A stretch of DNA of 64,000 nucleotides from Mobula hypostoma (Eukaryota), in the NCBI RefSeq assembly GCF_963921235.1, contig NC_086118.1, positions 12,712,001 to 12,776,000 on the forward strand, written 5' to 3'. Positions 1-13,296 of the stretch are shown one piece after another (the first letter of the stretch is position 1; each line of letters begins with the position of its first letter). Made by a program: the position numbers and the translations under genes. The notes under the pieces are model-generated. The model did no database searches, was not told the origin of the DNA, and was given only the letters and a program-made list of their open reading frames with translations.

Positions 1-566
1 CACGTAAATACTGCCCCCACGCAATTAGCTGTTGGCAAGAAATAACAGATTGTACACTGCATATAATTATAAAAAATTATATTTACAAATTTCAGCTTTA
101 TCGAACAGTTAGTAGGAAAAATAAAAATAAAAAATAAAAGGGTGCATTGCAGTTAACCCAGTCCAAAATTGCACATGAAGTTGGAGGTCATGTTGAATTT
201 GTCTTTAACTCACTTGCTGTACCCACAGTCTGCATGAAAGCACACACTATCTTCTGAACATCCTGCTTGACACCATTCAACTGTACAAAGCACCCTGTGC
301 AACTGGGACGGCATCTTCAGCCATCTTCTTCCTGTCTTTTCCCAGCTGCCACCAAAAGAATCTCAACCCACACCAGTGTCTGTCACAAAACCTCTTCACC
401 CAGCTTGCTCTAGAACCTTCTCCCAATTCCACCATCCTGATTGGGTGACACAGCATTCACAAACCCTTAGAAACCCAAACCATCAGCAGAACACACTGCT
501 TCCACAGAAAACTGTTACGTGAAATACCTTTCAGCATTACAGTAAATTCTTAACCAGGGTGTTATA
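1..566 (-). mobile_element. Probable LTR (solo LTR or LTR end), truncated by the window edge
   Basis: Minus strand begins TATAACACCCTGG (decayed TGTAACA-type LTR start), has a CCAATCAG box and no ORF. The other end is outside the window. Confidence 0.35.
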
Positions 567-776
567 ATAATGAAGTATCTAAGTTTCTAGGAAAGGTACT
601 GTAAGAGATTCCTGAGTGATAAAAACACCCAATGTGAGGACACTGGTGACACCCTTCACTCCACGCTCCCATGCTTCTCATTGTAAATACACTTCGCTGT
701 ATCAGTCACAGCATGGACAGAAATCAAGAATCAGAGAGGAAGTTGTTGTTGAAAGTTATTTATTTATATACACACA

Positions 777-1157
777 TTCTTTTTCTCTCTCTCCTTTTTC
801 TCCCTCTGTCCCCCTCACTATACCCCTTGCCCATCCTCTGGGCTTTCCCCCCCTTCCCCTTTTCTTTCTCCCTAGGCCTCCTGTCCCATGATCCTCTCAT
901 ATCTCCTTTGTCAATCACCTGTCCAGCTCTTGGCTGCATCCCTCCCCGTCCTGTCTTCTCCTATCATTTTGGATCTCCCCCTCCCCCTCCCACTTTCTAA
1001 GCTCTTACTCACTCTTCCTTCAGTTAGTCCTGATGAAGGCTCTCGGCCCGAAACGTCAACTGTATCTCTACCTAGAGATGCTGCCTGGCCTGCTGCATTC
1101 ACCAGCAACTTTTATGTGTGTTGCTTGAAATTCCAGCATCTGCAGATTTCCTCGTGT
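777..1157 (+). mobile_element. Penelope-like element 3' end (pseudo-LTR)
   Basis: Pyrimidine-rich tract, then a hammerhead motif, then GATGCTGCCTGGCCTGCTGCATTCACCAGC...CCAGCATCTGCAGA, matching the terminus of the Penelope RT element at 23430-23560. Confidence 0.8.
1025..1062 (+). ncRNA. Minimal type I hammerhead ribozyme motif, partly decayed
   Basis: CTGATGA (1030-1036), stem II, GAAA (1050-1053), CGTC. Stems I and II each have one mismatch relative to the 14.7-kb copies. Confidence 0.65.
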
Positions 1158-1171
1158 CAGAAAGAAATAGT

Positions 1172-2312
1172 CATAGTCAGAGTCATAGTCATACTTTATT
1201 GATCCCGGGGGAAATTGGTTTTCCTTACAGTTGCACCATAAATAATAAATAGTAATACAACCATAAATAGTTAAATAGTAATATGTAAATTATGCCAGGA
1301 AATAAGTCCAGGACCAGCCTATTGGCTCAGGGTGTCTGACCGTCCAAGGGAGGAGTTGTAAAGTTCGATGGCCACAGGCAGGAATGACTTCCTATGACGC
1401 TCTGTGTTGCATCTCGGTGGAATGAGTCTCTGGCTGAATGTACTCCTGTGCCCACCCAGTACATTATGTAGTGGATGGGAGACATTGACCAAGATGGTAT
1501 GCAACTTAGACAGCATCGTCTTTTCAGACACCACTGTCAGAGAGTCCAGTTCCATCCCCACAACATCACTGGCCTTACGAATGAGTTTGTTGATTCTGTT
1601 GGTGTCTGCTACCCTCAGCCTGCTGCCCCAGCACACAACAGCAAACATGATCGCACTGGCCACCACAGACTCGTAGAACATCCTCAGCATCGTCCGGCAG
1701 ATGTTAAAGGAAATAGAGATGACTCTGACCCTTCTTGTAGACAGCCTCGGTGTTCTTTGACCAGTCCAGTTTATTGTCAATTCGTATCCCTAGGTATTTG
1801 TAATCCTCCACCATGTCCACACTGACCCGCTGGATGGAAACAGGCATCACCGGTACCTTAGCTCTCCTCAGGTCTACCACCAGCTCCTTAGCCTTTTTCA
1901 CATTAAGCTGCAGATAATTCTGCTCACACCATGTGACAAAGTTTCCTACAGTAGCCCTGTACTCAGCCTCATCTCCCTTGCTGATGCATCCAACTATGGC
2001 AGAGTCATCTGAAAACTTCTGAAGATGACAAGACTCTGTGCAGTAGTTGAAGTCCGAGGTGTAAATGGTGAAGAGAAAGGGAGACAAGACAGTCCCCTGT
2101 GGAGCCCCAGTGCTGCTGATCACTCTGTCGGACACACAGTGTTGCAAGCACATGTATTGTGGTCTGCCAGTCAGGTAATCAAGAATCCATGACACCAGGA
2201 AAGCATCCACCTGCATCGCTGTCAGCTTCTCCCCCAGCAGAGCAGGGCGGATGGTGTTGAACGCACTGGAGAAGTCAAAAAACATGACCCTCACAGTGCT
2301 CGCTGGCTTGTC
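1172..2312 (-). mobile_element. Rex1/Babar-type non-LTR retrotransposon, 5'-truncated (RT C-terminal half)
   Basis: Motifs FFDFSSAFNTI, GAPQGTVLSPFLF, KFSDD, YKYLG; (TATGAC)n tail; 17-nt frameshifting deletion near 1708; candidate TSD AAAGAAATAGT/AAAGAGATAGT. Confidence 0.9.
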
Positions 2313-3384
2313 AAAGAGATAGTTCTTAGTCTGATCCATATACAAAGTGACATTGAAAAAAAAATAGCAGGAGAAGACGGTTTGTCTGGGTAAAATAGTC
2401 ACATGGTCTCCTGACCTACGTGATTCTGACAATGACTCTTGTTTTTTTCAAGGCTATATGCTGGTTGTACACAAATGGAATTATTGCCTGTGCCACTGAA
2501 GTTCTGAAGGAATCACAAGAATTCATCACTCCAAATCTTTAAGGCACCCAAAATGACATAAATTAATGTTTTTCTTCTGCATAAATATATCCACTGAAGG
2601 AAAAGGGGGACCATCATATGCCTCGTGTGAAGAACATCTGTGATGCGCTCACGTGTGTGATGCGTATCCACCTGGGATCGATCAACTAGAATGAATCAGA
2701 AACTAGGAACCTAAATTGATGACGGACTTCTCTTCCAGAGGAAGAATAGTTTGAGGCACATGCATGTGGTAGGAAGATTACAGGTCTCTGTTACCACTGT
2801 CTTGGAAAATTTAGCCTCTAAATCAAATATTCCTTGTAGAATTGGCAGTGAGATCATTGATTACTGTGAAAAGAGTCTGTAGGTGACAAGAAGCATAGGC
2901 AAGGATATTAAAGATCCAACTGCTGGAGTATCCGAGGCTAGAATCGAGACACAACTTCGAGACTGAGACGAGAACAGGGTTCTTGACTAGGTACTCGATG
3001 AAAACCTGACGAGACCAGGCAAGAATCCAAATGAGACAAAAATTCTAAATGCAATTGCAGACAGAACCAAAGCTGAGGTGACAATTGAGCACTGAACCAG
3101 GGTTCAGATGCTCTGTAAATATCCAAATCTTGGTGAGAAAACATATTTGCCAATTAGCAGAGTAGGCCAGAATCTTTAAAGGGGCCACACCAGCTATTTT
3201 ACTCAAGAGAATCAGAGCATTTAAACACCAGAGTCTGGTGTGGTCGGGTGCATACTATAACACTGTAAAGATGAATCTTTTCCCTGCTCCTTCAAGATTT
3301 CAAGGTAAGTCTTCCCTGCTTCTAATGCCTGGATTATAACTCCAACTCAGGTAATGCACAGTTCAAACAACCATGACAGTGTAG

Positions 3385-3583
3385 AACACACAAAATGCTG
3401 GAGGAACTCAGCAGGTCAGATAGCATCTATGGAAATGAATAAAAGACAATGTTTCAGGCCAAGACCTTTGAAACATTGACTGTTTATTCATTTTCACAGG
3501 TGCTGCCTGACCTGCTGAGTTTCTCCAGCATTTTGTTTGTGTTGCTTTGGATTTCCAGCATCTGCAGAATTTCTTATGTTTAT
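3385..3583. mobile_element. Short decayed Penelope-derived inverted pseudo-LTR element
   Basis: Imperfect inverted arms ACACAAAATGCTGGAGGAACTCAGCAGGTCAG / CTGACCTGCTGAGTTTCTCCAGCATTTTGT around a degraded hammerhead core. Confidence 0.65.
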
Positions 3584-4476
3584 GACAAAGTGGTGCTCAC
3601 TAGCAAAATTATGGTTTAGCTCACCTGAAGATACAGATACAGTTTTTCTTGCCCTTTGATTGCTCTGAACAAAAGTAAGTGCAAAGTGCCTGAATAATCA
3701 GTTCAATTCAATGAATAGAATTCCACAGTTTGATTTCCTCACTATGTTTCCAAAAGAATTGACGATTTTGTTGTCAGAAGGTTTAGAATAACTATGAAAA
3801 AGGGAATAGATCATTCCAAGTTGGTCTCCCCTCTCACTTGCCAGAGAGAGAGAGCCTGTGGCACATCAGAGTGCTAGGTTATGGGCTGCAGTTTTTGATG
3901 GGTCTAGATCATGGTCTCTTTGGGGGCTTTTACTATTACTTGCTTGGAGGGTAGCGGGGGCTGATGCTTCCTGCTGCATCAAATGGGAGAAGTGGGAGGG
4001 GGGAGGGTTGACACTTTGCTGCTGCTTGTTCATGGGAAGGGGGAGGGGATCTTTGGGTTCTAACATTTTCTCTGTCATTCATTTTTTGGGGTTTTCTTCT
4101 GTTTCAAGGATGTCTGCAAAGAGCAAGAACTTCAGGTTGTATACTGTATACGTTTTCTAATATTAAATCGAACCATTGAACCATTGAAGTAAATATAGTC
4201 AACTTAAGGACAGCTAATTACAGCAGGATGTGAATAGGTATAGGCTAGTTAAATTGGAACTAAAGCATCACAGGCAAAACTTAGGTGAAGAATTACAATT
4301 TTGAATCTTTAAACTGTAAGCGATTCAACCACAGTCTGGGGTCATGCAAGAAGGACAACAGAAAGTGAAGCTACTTACCCGAATGACCAAGACAGAGAGT
4401 AAAATGGAGCAGAAGTATAGAAAGACACAGCAGATTCAGGTTGTGAACACAAGTCAGTGCCAAAAGGTTGCCTTCT

Positions 4477-5557
4477 GGTAAGATGGCAGCACACTCGGAT
4501 GCAGCCGCCGCTCCAGGACCAATCAAATATGTATTTGTTCATCTTGTACAATACCTTTATGATCGCAAGTCACTGCTGGATAGTAAGAACGTCAAGTACT
4601 ACAGAACTATTCCATCAGCAAGTTGCTCAATATCGATGGAGCTGGACTGATTGTATGCATTGTTGTGTTGTTACCTGGACCTGTTGTGTACCATTGTGCT
4701 GAGATGGTGTGCGGTCCAAAAAACTGGTGTGACTGATTGTCTTGGATGTTTTTATTGTGATTGCAAGACCCTGTTGAACATTGGCAATGTAAGGTACTGC
4801 AAGTTCAGTTCACTGATTTATTGGCAAGGTCGATATTGGGGGAGCTGTGTTGCCTCAGTTTTTGTACAGGCAGGGCCTTCAGGACTTGGAGAGGCCTGTA
4901 GAAGTCACAGGTGAAGGAGATGCTGGAGCTGGCTGCATGCAGCTGGATTTCATATTGGGTTAGTGACAGGTCCCTCCCATTGGCACTGCTGTCTAGTGTT
5001 CATTCGTGCTGCCCTTTTCTGTTCACTTACCATAGAACCATAGAACCATAGAAACTACAGCACAGAAACAGGCCCTTTGGCCCTTCTTGGCTGTACTGAA
5101 CCATTTTCTGCCTAGTCCCACTGACCTGCACATAGACCATATCCCTCCATACACCTCCCATCCATGTATCTGTCCAATTTATTCTTAAATGTTAAAAAAG
5201 AACCCTCATTTACCACCTCATCTGGCAGCTCATTCCATACTCCCACCACTCTCTGTGTGAAGAAGCCCCCCCTAATTTTCCCTTTAAACTTTTCCCCCCT
5301 CACCCTTAACCCATGTCCTCTGGTTTTTTTCTCCCCTTGCAGAAACACAAGCTAGACCAGGATAATCAAGGGACTTGGGCTATATTATTATTATTTTTTC
5401 TCCCTGTGACTGCATGTCTTTCTGAAATTGTAGGCATATGTGCTACTTGTTAGATGTGGTATGAGCAGTATGCTGTGTGTTGTTGGTAATGTGCTCTGCA
5501 GCTTGGCCTTGGAGGAACGCTGTTATGTGTGGCTGAATGATAAACTGAAACTTGAAA
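4477..5557 (+). mobile_element. Non-autonomous LINE-derived repeat interrupted by a CR1
   Basis: AAGATGGC-type 5' start and an AAACTGAAACTTGAAA-type tail; no coding capacity. Confidence 0.35.
5031..5340 (-). mobile_element. CR1 LINE 3' fragment
   Basis: TRGH...FFTQRVVGVWNELP C-terminal motif; (CCATAGAA)n tail. Confidence 0.85.
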
Positions 5558-6169
5558 ATTGTTCAGAGGGTAACTAAGAAGGGAAATAAGCGAGGCGAAG
5601 AGAGATTGTGAGAAAAGACCAGTGGTAGACAAAAATAGGGAACCAAAAATGTTCTGCAATCATTTGATTAGTGAAAGGATAGGAAAAGAAGTGGGGCAAT
5701 AAAAAAAAACAAAAGGGAAATGTACTCAGAAGTAGAGGGGACAGCTGAGGTGGAAACAGTAGAACTAGACACAATTAAAACATTTAGAAGCCATTTAAAA
5801 GAATTTCAGGATGTAAATTGTATACATTTCTCTGACATTAAATGTTCCTATTGAAACATATTGAGATAGGTATGTGGATAAGAAAGGCTAAGAGGATGGG
5901 TTCATAACCTTTTTCATGCCATGGATCCCTACCATTAACCATGGGGTCCGTTGATCCCATTTGGGAACCTCTGGTGTTGAGGAGTATTGGCCAAATGCAG
6001 GCAAATGGATCTGGATCAAACAGTCAACTTGGTCAGCATGGCTGAGTTAGATCGAATGGCCTTCTGTATAGCTCTATCACCCTAAGACACAAAATTTGGA
6101 AGCATAGTGATCTGTGCCAAGGATAACAATAGACTTCATGGAAATAGAGGTAGGTTGATGGAAGGGGTG

Positions 6170-6750
6170 GATAAATGACAAATGAAATGTAATGCTGAAA
6201 AATCATCATTGTCATATTTTGGCAGAGAATTAAGAAAACATAAAATAAACTAAAGGGTACAATTCTAAAAGTGTTGTATGAATAGCAAGATGTTGGGTGT
6301 AGGAAAGTAGTTAATTCAAAGTGGCAGGGCAGGTGGAGAAAGTAGTTAAAACCTTCAGAATCATGGGCTTTAGAAGGAAAGGAGGTCACTGGAGGTCATA
6401 TTAAACCTTTATAAATCCCTGATTCAGGGTGCAACTGAGGTGTTTTAACATCAGATGTAAGATCTTAGACAGGTTGCATAAAAAAATTACGAAGGTAATT
6501 TTGGGTCTGAGGGATTTTAATTCTGTGAATAAATTGGAATTGTTCTCCTTGGAACAGAAGGAGTTGAGAAAGGATTAGTTAAGGGATATTTAAATCATGA
6601 AAGTTATGGCCGGAGGTGATAGAGAAACAGTTCCCATTAACAGATGAGCTGAAATTTATGAGGCATGGAATGAAGCTGATTTGCGAAAGAACCAAAACTA
6701 ACATGAGGAAAAATATTTTATGCAGTGTGTGGTTAAGGTTTAGAATTTAC
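6170..6750 (+). mobile_element. Old decayed CR1 RT fragment
   Basis: Degenerate WQM.FN / LFSLE.R.LR.DL / KNIF.QCVV.V.NLL motifs. Confidence 0.55.
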
Positions 6751-6912
6751 TGTTAGTGATCATTTCGTATTTTTTAGTGATACAGAGCCCGTCCACCCCA
6801 TTAATCTATGTCACTGTAATATCAACCCCATCTGGAAGTAGATTTCTTCCCCCAAGGAGCTACTCTGTAACTCCCCCTGCCCCTTTCATAATCGTTCAGT
6901 ATTACTCCAGAG

Positions 6913-6992
6913 CAGGGCTTCCCAACCTAAGGTCCACAGACCTTTTGCCTTAGAATATTGGCCCATCGCATAAAAAAGGTTGGGGACCCCTA
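6913..6992. mobile_element. hAT (Charlie-like) MITE, 80 bp
   Basis: TIRs CAGGGCTTCCCAACCT / AGGTTGGGGACCCCTA; 8-bp flanks CTCCAGAG and CTCTGGAG resemble a decayed CTCTAGAG TSD. A related copy lies at about 5899-5972. Confidence 0.7.
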
Positions 6993-7622
6993 CTCTGGAG
7001 CTTAATTTAAATACGTTAAATAAACATATTTCCGTATCTCAAGATGCATTAGAAACATATGATATGTGGGGATATTTTGAATCATATTTCAACATAAAAA
7101 TGGGAAAATGTATTAGCATACTCAAAGACTTCATTCCTCCTTGACCTATAAGTTATAAGCATCTACATTAATATTTTCTCCACCTTTATCATGGTGTTAT
7201 GATAAAGAGCTCGAGGTCACCAACTATCATTTTAAATCTCTTACTTTGACCCGTGTTTTGAAATTGCATGATGAAGCAGTGTATATGTGCCATAACTCTG
7301 TTTCTGTAATCACCAGCAACAGGACAAATGAGATACCTTGTTCATAAGCCAGCTTTAACAACCCTGGCATGGAGCCAGTATTTCCTGATTAAATCGTTCC
7401 TGTGCAGAATTACAAGAGTTAAGGACATAAGAAACACGAGCAGCAGTGGGCCATTTAGCTCCAGGTTCCTGCTCCTATATTCAATGGGTCATCATTAACA
7501 TTTTTACCTTAGCGCCACTTCCACCACTAATCCCATGGTCCAGTGAATGATTTTCCATGAATCCTTTGGATAGAGAATTCCAAGCACTTAGAATGTGATG
7601 GAGAGCACTTGTTAAACATCCT

Positions 7623-7626
<4 letters not shown>

Positions 7627-7670
<44 letters not shown>
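7627..7670. repeat. (AC)n microsatellite
   Basis: Perfect dinucleotide run. Confidence 0.98.
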
Positions 7671-7673
<3 letters not shown>

Positions 7674-8401
7674 TATTGTCTAGACATTCTGCTGTTACTG
7701 CGCTGACAGCACACGTTTCAATGTCTCCCCAGTATATTCTCAACATGGATCCCAAATCGAGATGATGCTCTCGGATTGGATTTATGGAGCCTTTCCTGCC
7801 ATACATGGTGGAATATTCCATTTCTTTAGTAATAGAGATGTGTCAATGTGCGTATGTTGTCTTTATACTGTATTTAAGGTAGATATTACTGTTCATTTTG
7901 TAATATGATCGTAACCACATTGTGTGGTGCATCGTATTGTAATTCATGTGTGGTCTTAAGATAATTTTGTTAGTGATTACAGATGGTATGTCATAGTGCT
8001 GAATAAAAAGAAACTTGTTGCCCTCAGTGAGAGAGATGGGGTCTGCAAGGAGTTCATTCGGAAAAAAAATATTCGGAAAAAAAATTTTGGAAGCTATTAT
8101 TGCATTTTCTGATAGATATCTTTTTGTAATTATGGACAGTTTTCTTTTCACTATTTTTGTTAATAGTTTGATTTAGTTGTAAGTTTGATTTTTGATGTAC
8201 CTAATAAACACCCTTGCACTAAAGTGCTCAGTGACTCCAGCTATTTTGTTTCTCTTTGGTCATAACCCATGTATCTAACAGTAACTTACTGGGTGAAAGG
8301 AATTTCTCCCCATCTCTATCTGAATGGACAAACCCTTATTTATTGATTTTGACCCTTGACTCTCATTTCTTCAGCCAGGTGAAACATCATCTCTGTATTT
8401 A

Positions 8402-11250
8402 TTCAAGTTCAAGTTCAGTTTCTTGTCATTCAACCATGTTCATGTACAGGTTTCCCCCGCAATCCAAAGGTAGAGCGTTCCTATGAAATGGTTCGTTAGC
8501 CAGAATGTCGTAAAGCGAAGAAGCAATTACCCTTTATTTATATGGGAAAATTTTGTGAGCGTTTGCAGACCCAAAAATAACCTACCAAATCATGCCAAAT
8601 AACACATAAAACCTAAAATAACAGTAACATATAGTAAAAGCAGGAATGATATGATAAATACACAGCCTATATAAAGTAGAAATACTTTTCCACAATCATT
8701 GCACTGTTCTCCGTAGCAAAAATCTCACACAAGTGCTCTCGGCAGAAAATCTCACACAAGCGCTCTCCGCAGAAAATCTCACGCAAGCGCTATTGGCTCT
8801 CCAGTAACTCTCTCTCCAGTAACCCTTTAGGCTATGAAGCTGCCAAATCATACCGAATAACACGTAAAAATACACAGCCGATATAGAGTAGAAATAATGT
8901 ATGTACAATGTAGTATCACTTACGGGAATTGGGAAAGCAGCTTGCCGAGCACACTGATAATGGTGTGTTAGGCTGAGTTGTCAGAGTTTGGGTGGTGCAG
9001 TGGCCCCCACCCTCCAGGCCACCGACCGATACCAATCCGCGAAGCACTCAGGGCTGCAACGGTAGCCTGGAGGCACACAGCACATCTTTAAGAAAAAAGC
9101 CGAAATAAACATGCTAATTAATTAGGTGCCGCCTGGCACGTAATTGTCGGCCAGATCAGAGGTGATGAGCCTCCTGGCTACCGCTGCATTCTCCGCGAAT
9201 TGGTATCTGTCCACGGCCTGGGGGTTGGGGTGGTGGGACACTGGGGTGTCATCTCATCATCGATCAGGGCAGGCAGCTCATCTTCTCCTATGACTGCCCG
9301 CCTCGATGTCAAAATCGAGATTCGTCGTCTGCTGTGGCTGATGTGGAAGGCTTGCTTGACTGCTGAGCCTCACGCATTTTTCTATCATACAGTTCTTTGT
9401 AAGCACTCAAACCATCTGGCAAATACTGTATGCCCTAAACCAATGTACTTTTCAAAATTAAAGTCGTACTTTATCATTGCAGCGAAAATCTCACGTAGTT
9501 GCTTCACATTCAGTTCCTGGATGACTTCACTTTCGCTACTGAATTCGGTTTAGATTGTTATCTTTTCCTCTTCCAATTGCCTCAGCTCTTCATCTATCAG
9601 TTCTTGGTCATGGGATGCCAAAACCTCTTCAACATCATCTTTGTCAGCTTCCACAAGCCAAACTCACTTTGTCCTGACTTCATTCACCACGATCGAAACG
9701 CTTAATTATGTCTAGTTTTACGATAAGTGTAACACCCTTACGAGCTCTTTTAGGCTTTTCCGATACCTTAGAACTCATCTTGCAAACTGCTGCTCACAGG
9801 CACGTGTTTAAGCAATGCCAGCGAGAATGCCGTTCCGAATCCGGGGGAGAGCGGCTGCTCAGGGCGCGCGGCGTGCTACTTCTTTTTATCGCGCGCTTTT
9901 TTTTCCCACACGCTGCTTTTCCCTATGCGTTGCCTTTCTTTGTAACAGTGAAAACACCTTCTGTTAGCAAAAACAGGGAACTAATGTAGGTCTTTCATAA
10001 CAGTGAGGTTTTGTAAAGCAAATGTTTGAAAAGCGGAGGACACCTGTATACCATCCAATGAAACAACATTCCTGTGGACCAAGGTGCACAACATAGTCAT
10101 ATAACTCACACATAACACATGAAGTAGTATTACCACTCATAAATTTACAAATAATAAGGTGCATTTATAACACAAGTTAAAAAATAAACAGTATAACGCT
10201 ACTGCCGCCTTAAGCCAGCTGAGACCTGGGTGGTATCCGAGAGCTCAGTAGACTTATGGCCTGGAGGAAGAAGATGCTTCCCATCCTAACAGTTCTTGTC
10301 CAAATATTATGGCACCTCCTGCTTGATGGTAGGCAGTCAAAGAGATTGTTGGATAGATGGGAGGAATCATTGACAATGCTAAGGTCCTTGCATACACTGT
10401 GCTCCTGATAAATATTTTTGACAGGTGGAAGAGAGACCCCAGTGATCCTCTCAGCTGTCTTTGTAATCCATTGAAGGGACTAGTGTTCAGATGTCTTGCA
10501 ATTTTCATAACAGATGGTGATGCAGTTGGTCAGGACAATCTCAATGGTGCTCCTGTAAAAGTTGGTTAGATTGGTCGGAGAGGAGTGTCATAGCTTCACT
10601 CACATCAATTTCCTCAGGAAGTGGAGACACTACTGTGCTTTCTTGACCAAAGAGGAGGTGTTGAGCTAGAGTGGTTTCTGCCAACATGGATTGATGACAA
10701 CTTTTCTGTCAAGAAATCCAGGATCCAGTTACAGAGAGAGGATTTGAGACTCGAGGAGGACAAGTTCTGAAAGATGATTGTATTAATCACAAAGGTGGTC
10801 AATATCCTGGTGTATGAGGCACTATTTTCCAGGTGGAACAGGATGGAGTGGAGTGCAAAGACTGTGGCATCATCAATGGACCGATTGGAGTGATAAGCGA
10901 ACTGGAAAGTGTCCAATGTAGCAGGAAGATGGGATTTAATGTGATCCATAAGCAGCCACTGAAAACACTTGATTATTGTTGATGTCAGTGCCACTAAACA
11001 GTAGTCACTGACTCATGTTACTGTCACTCCCTTAGGCACTGAGATGATGGTGACAATTTTGAAGCCTGAGAGCACAGTGGACTGTCCCAGAGCGATGTTG
11101 AAAATGACTGTACGGAATTCTGTTAACTAGGCTGCACAGTCCCTCAGCACCCAACCAGGCATGTGATCGGGCCCCGCAACTTTACCTGTTGACGCTTCTT
11201 GCTTGGATCTTCCTCACATCATCTGTGGCCAGACAGAGTGCCTGCCCCTC
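8402..11250 (-). mobile_element. Decayed Rex1/Babar LINE hosting the Tigger insertion in its 3' UTR
   Basis: (TTCAAG)n tail at 8402; ALTSTIIKCFQ..., FQFAYHSNRSIDDA and LCNWILDFLT motifs at 10614-10994. Confidence 0.7.
8447..10046 (-). mobile_element. Internally deleted Tigger/pogo DNA transposon
   Basis: TIRs CAGGTTTCCCCCGC / GCGGAGGACACCTG, flanked by TA. Minus ATG at 9778 gives MSSKVSEKPKRARKGVTLIVKLDIIKRFDRGE (CENP-B-type HTH), fused to the acidic C-terminus DDVEEVLASHDQELIDEEL. DDE domain absent. Confidence 0.85.
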
Positions 11251-11587
11251 AAGGGATGGGTCCCAACTCAAATCCTTAAGGCACACAATTTTTCCTGTCA
11301 AACTCCATAACAAGTTTGTACATTTCAATGAACTCGCCATTCTTTCTTCAGAACTTGATAGCCCCAGTCTGCTTAGCCTCTCTTCAAGTGACAAATCACA
11401 AGAATTTATCTGGTAAACTTTTGTTGCATCTCCTCTTTTGTAAATCCATGTCATTTTTTCACAGAACTCGACTTCATTTCCATGAGGTCGGTTATCACTA
11501 CATTCACGATGGATTCAAGCATTTTCCCAGTTATTGATATCATCCTTGTACTATTGCGAATAATGCTATTGTCAAAGTGTTTGAAAC

Positions 11588-11812
11588 CTTAGATTCCTAT
11601 TAAAACTTTCCCCTCTCACTTTAAACCTATGCCCTTTAGTTCTTGATATCAGCCCTTGGGGAAAAAATGTGTGCATTCTCCCTGTGCCCTTGATGATTTT
11701 ATACAGCTCGATGAGATCACCCTTCAGTCTCTTATGTTCCAAGGACTGAAGTCACAGCTTGCTATCCTCTCCCTATAACTCAGTCTCTCAAGTCCTGGCA
11801 ACATCCCTGGAA
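11588..11812 (-). mobile_element. Decayed CR1 fragment
   Basis: Similar to the CR1 RT C-terminus (LPGL...Y.ERL, RLKGDLIE). Confidence 0.55.
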
Positions 11813-12510
11813 GATTCTGAGACAGTTCCAGATCATTCTGTTTTGTACTTTGGAATGTTGAGTTAGTGAGAATGGTTCTCCATATCCAGTCAGGATAAGG
11901 GCAAGCATATGGGATCTACAGGTCCCAGTGCAGCCGGGGAAATAGGCTTGTTGTGTCCTTGTTATTTCTGTGTCAGGACAATGCGCTAACTAGGCAGCTG
12001 CAAACTATTTTCTCAGGTGTTAGCAGATGTTTAAGCAACTGATTCAATGAGTTAAAGGTATGCCTTCTATTAGATCAATCTGGTTACATTGTAACAAGGC
12101 AGACCTATTTAAAACAATTCAACCTGGTGCACTTATGCTTGATGTAGGTACCTGATAATTTTAGGCCCCATTGCCAGGTTCACTTTGAGACAAGTTCACC
12201 CATAAACCTATGGTATCAACAGAGGGCGTGTTCCTTCAGCACTGTTGTTGAGAAGTCTGTCCACCATTTTAAGGTTTTGGTTATTAGATCATCATTTGAG
12301 GTATTTTATTAACTACAGCTATTCCTCGATTACTGTCTCTGGGGAGCATGATGTGTTTGACGGGTGTAAGGAGGAAAAAATATTTGAGTCTTTGTGGGGT
12401 CTTTTAGCAGTGAGATGAGTGAAGATGAAACTGGGATGAAAATAGTAATGAAGTATTAAAGAGAACACCTCTTTGCAAAAAGATGGACAGATAGGCCTTA
12501 GTCTTAGTCT

Positions 12511-13088
12511 ACCACATCTGGAGTATTGTGTGCAGTTTTGGTCCCCTAATCTGAGGAAAGACATCCTTGTCATAGAGGGAGTACAAAGAAGGTTCACCAG
12601 ATTGATTCCTGGGATGGCAGGACTTTCATATGAAGAAAGACTGGATGAACTGGGCTTGTACTCGTTGGAATTTAGAAGATTGAGGGAGGATCTGATTGAA
12701 ACGTATAAAATCCTAAAGGGATTGGACAGGCTAGATGCAGGAAGATTGTTCCCGATGTTGGGGAATTCCAGAATGAGGGGTCACAGTTTGAGGATAAAGG
12801 GGAAGCCTTTTAGGACCGAGATTAGGAAAAACTTCTTCACACAGAGAGTGGTGAATCTGTGGAATTCTCTGCCACAGGAAACAGTTGAGGCCAGTTCATT
12901 GGCTATATTTAAGAGGGAGTTAGATATGGCCCTTGTGGCTACGGGGGTCAAGGGGTATGGAGGGAAGGCTGGGGCGGGGTTCTGAGTTGGATGATCAGCC
13001 ATGATCATAATAAATGGCGGTGCAGGCTCGAAGGGCCGAATGGCCTACTCCTGCACCTATTTTCTATGTTTCTATGTTTCTATGTTTC
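12511..13088 (+). mobile_element. Young CR1 (family A) 3' fragment
   Basis: PHLEYCVQFWSP...FFTQRVVNLWNSLP; 3' stem-loop and (CTATGTTT)n tail. Confidence 0.95.
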
Positions 13089-13296
13089 ATTTCAGAACAG
13101 ATTCAGGGTCTTCATCCAAAACATCAACTACCCTTGTGTCTCCACAGATGCTGCCTGACATGCTGAGTTCCTTGAACACTGTTTTTGCTTTAGACTTCGT
13201 TATCTAGTTAAGGATTCTTTCAATATTGTTGAGGCCTTGCTTGCTCTGTAAATTTTTGTTTATGTCCATTATATGCCTGACTTTTACTTTTAATAT

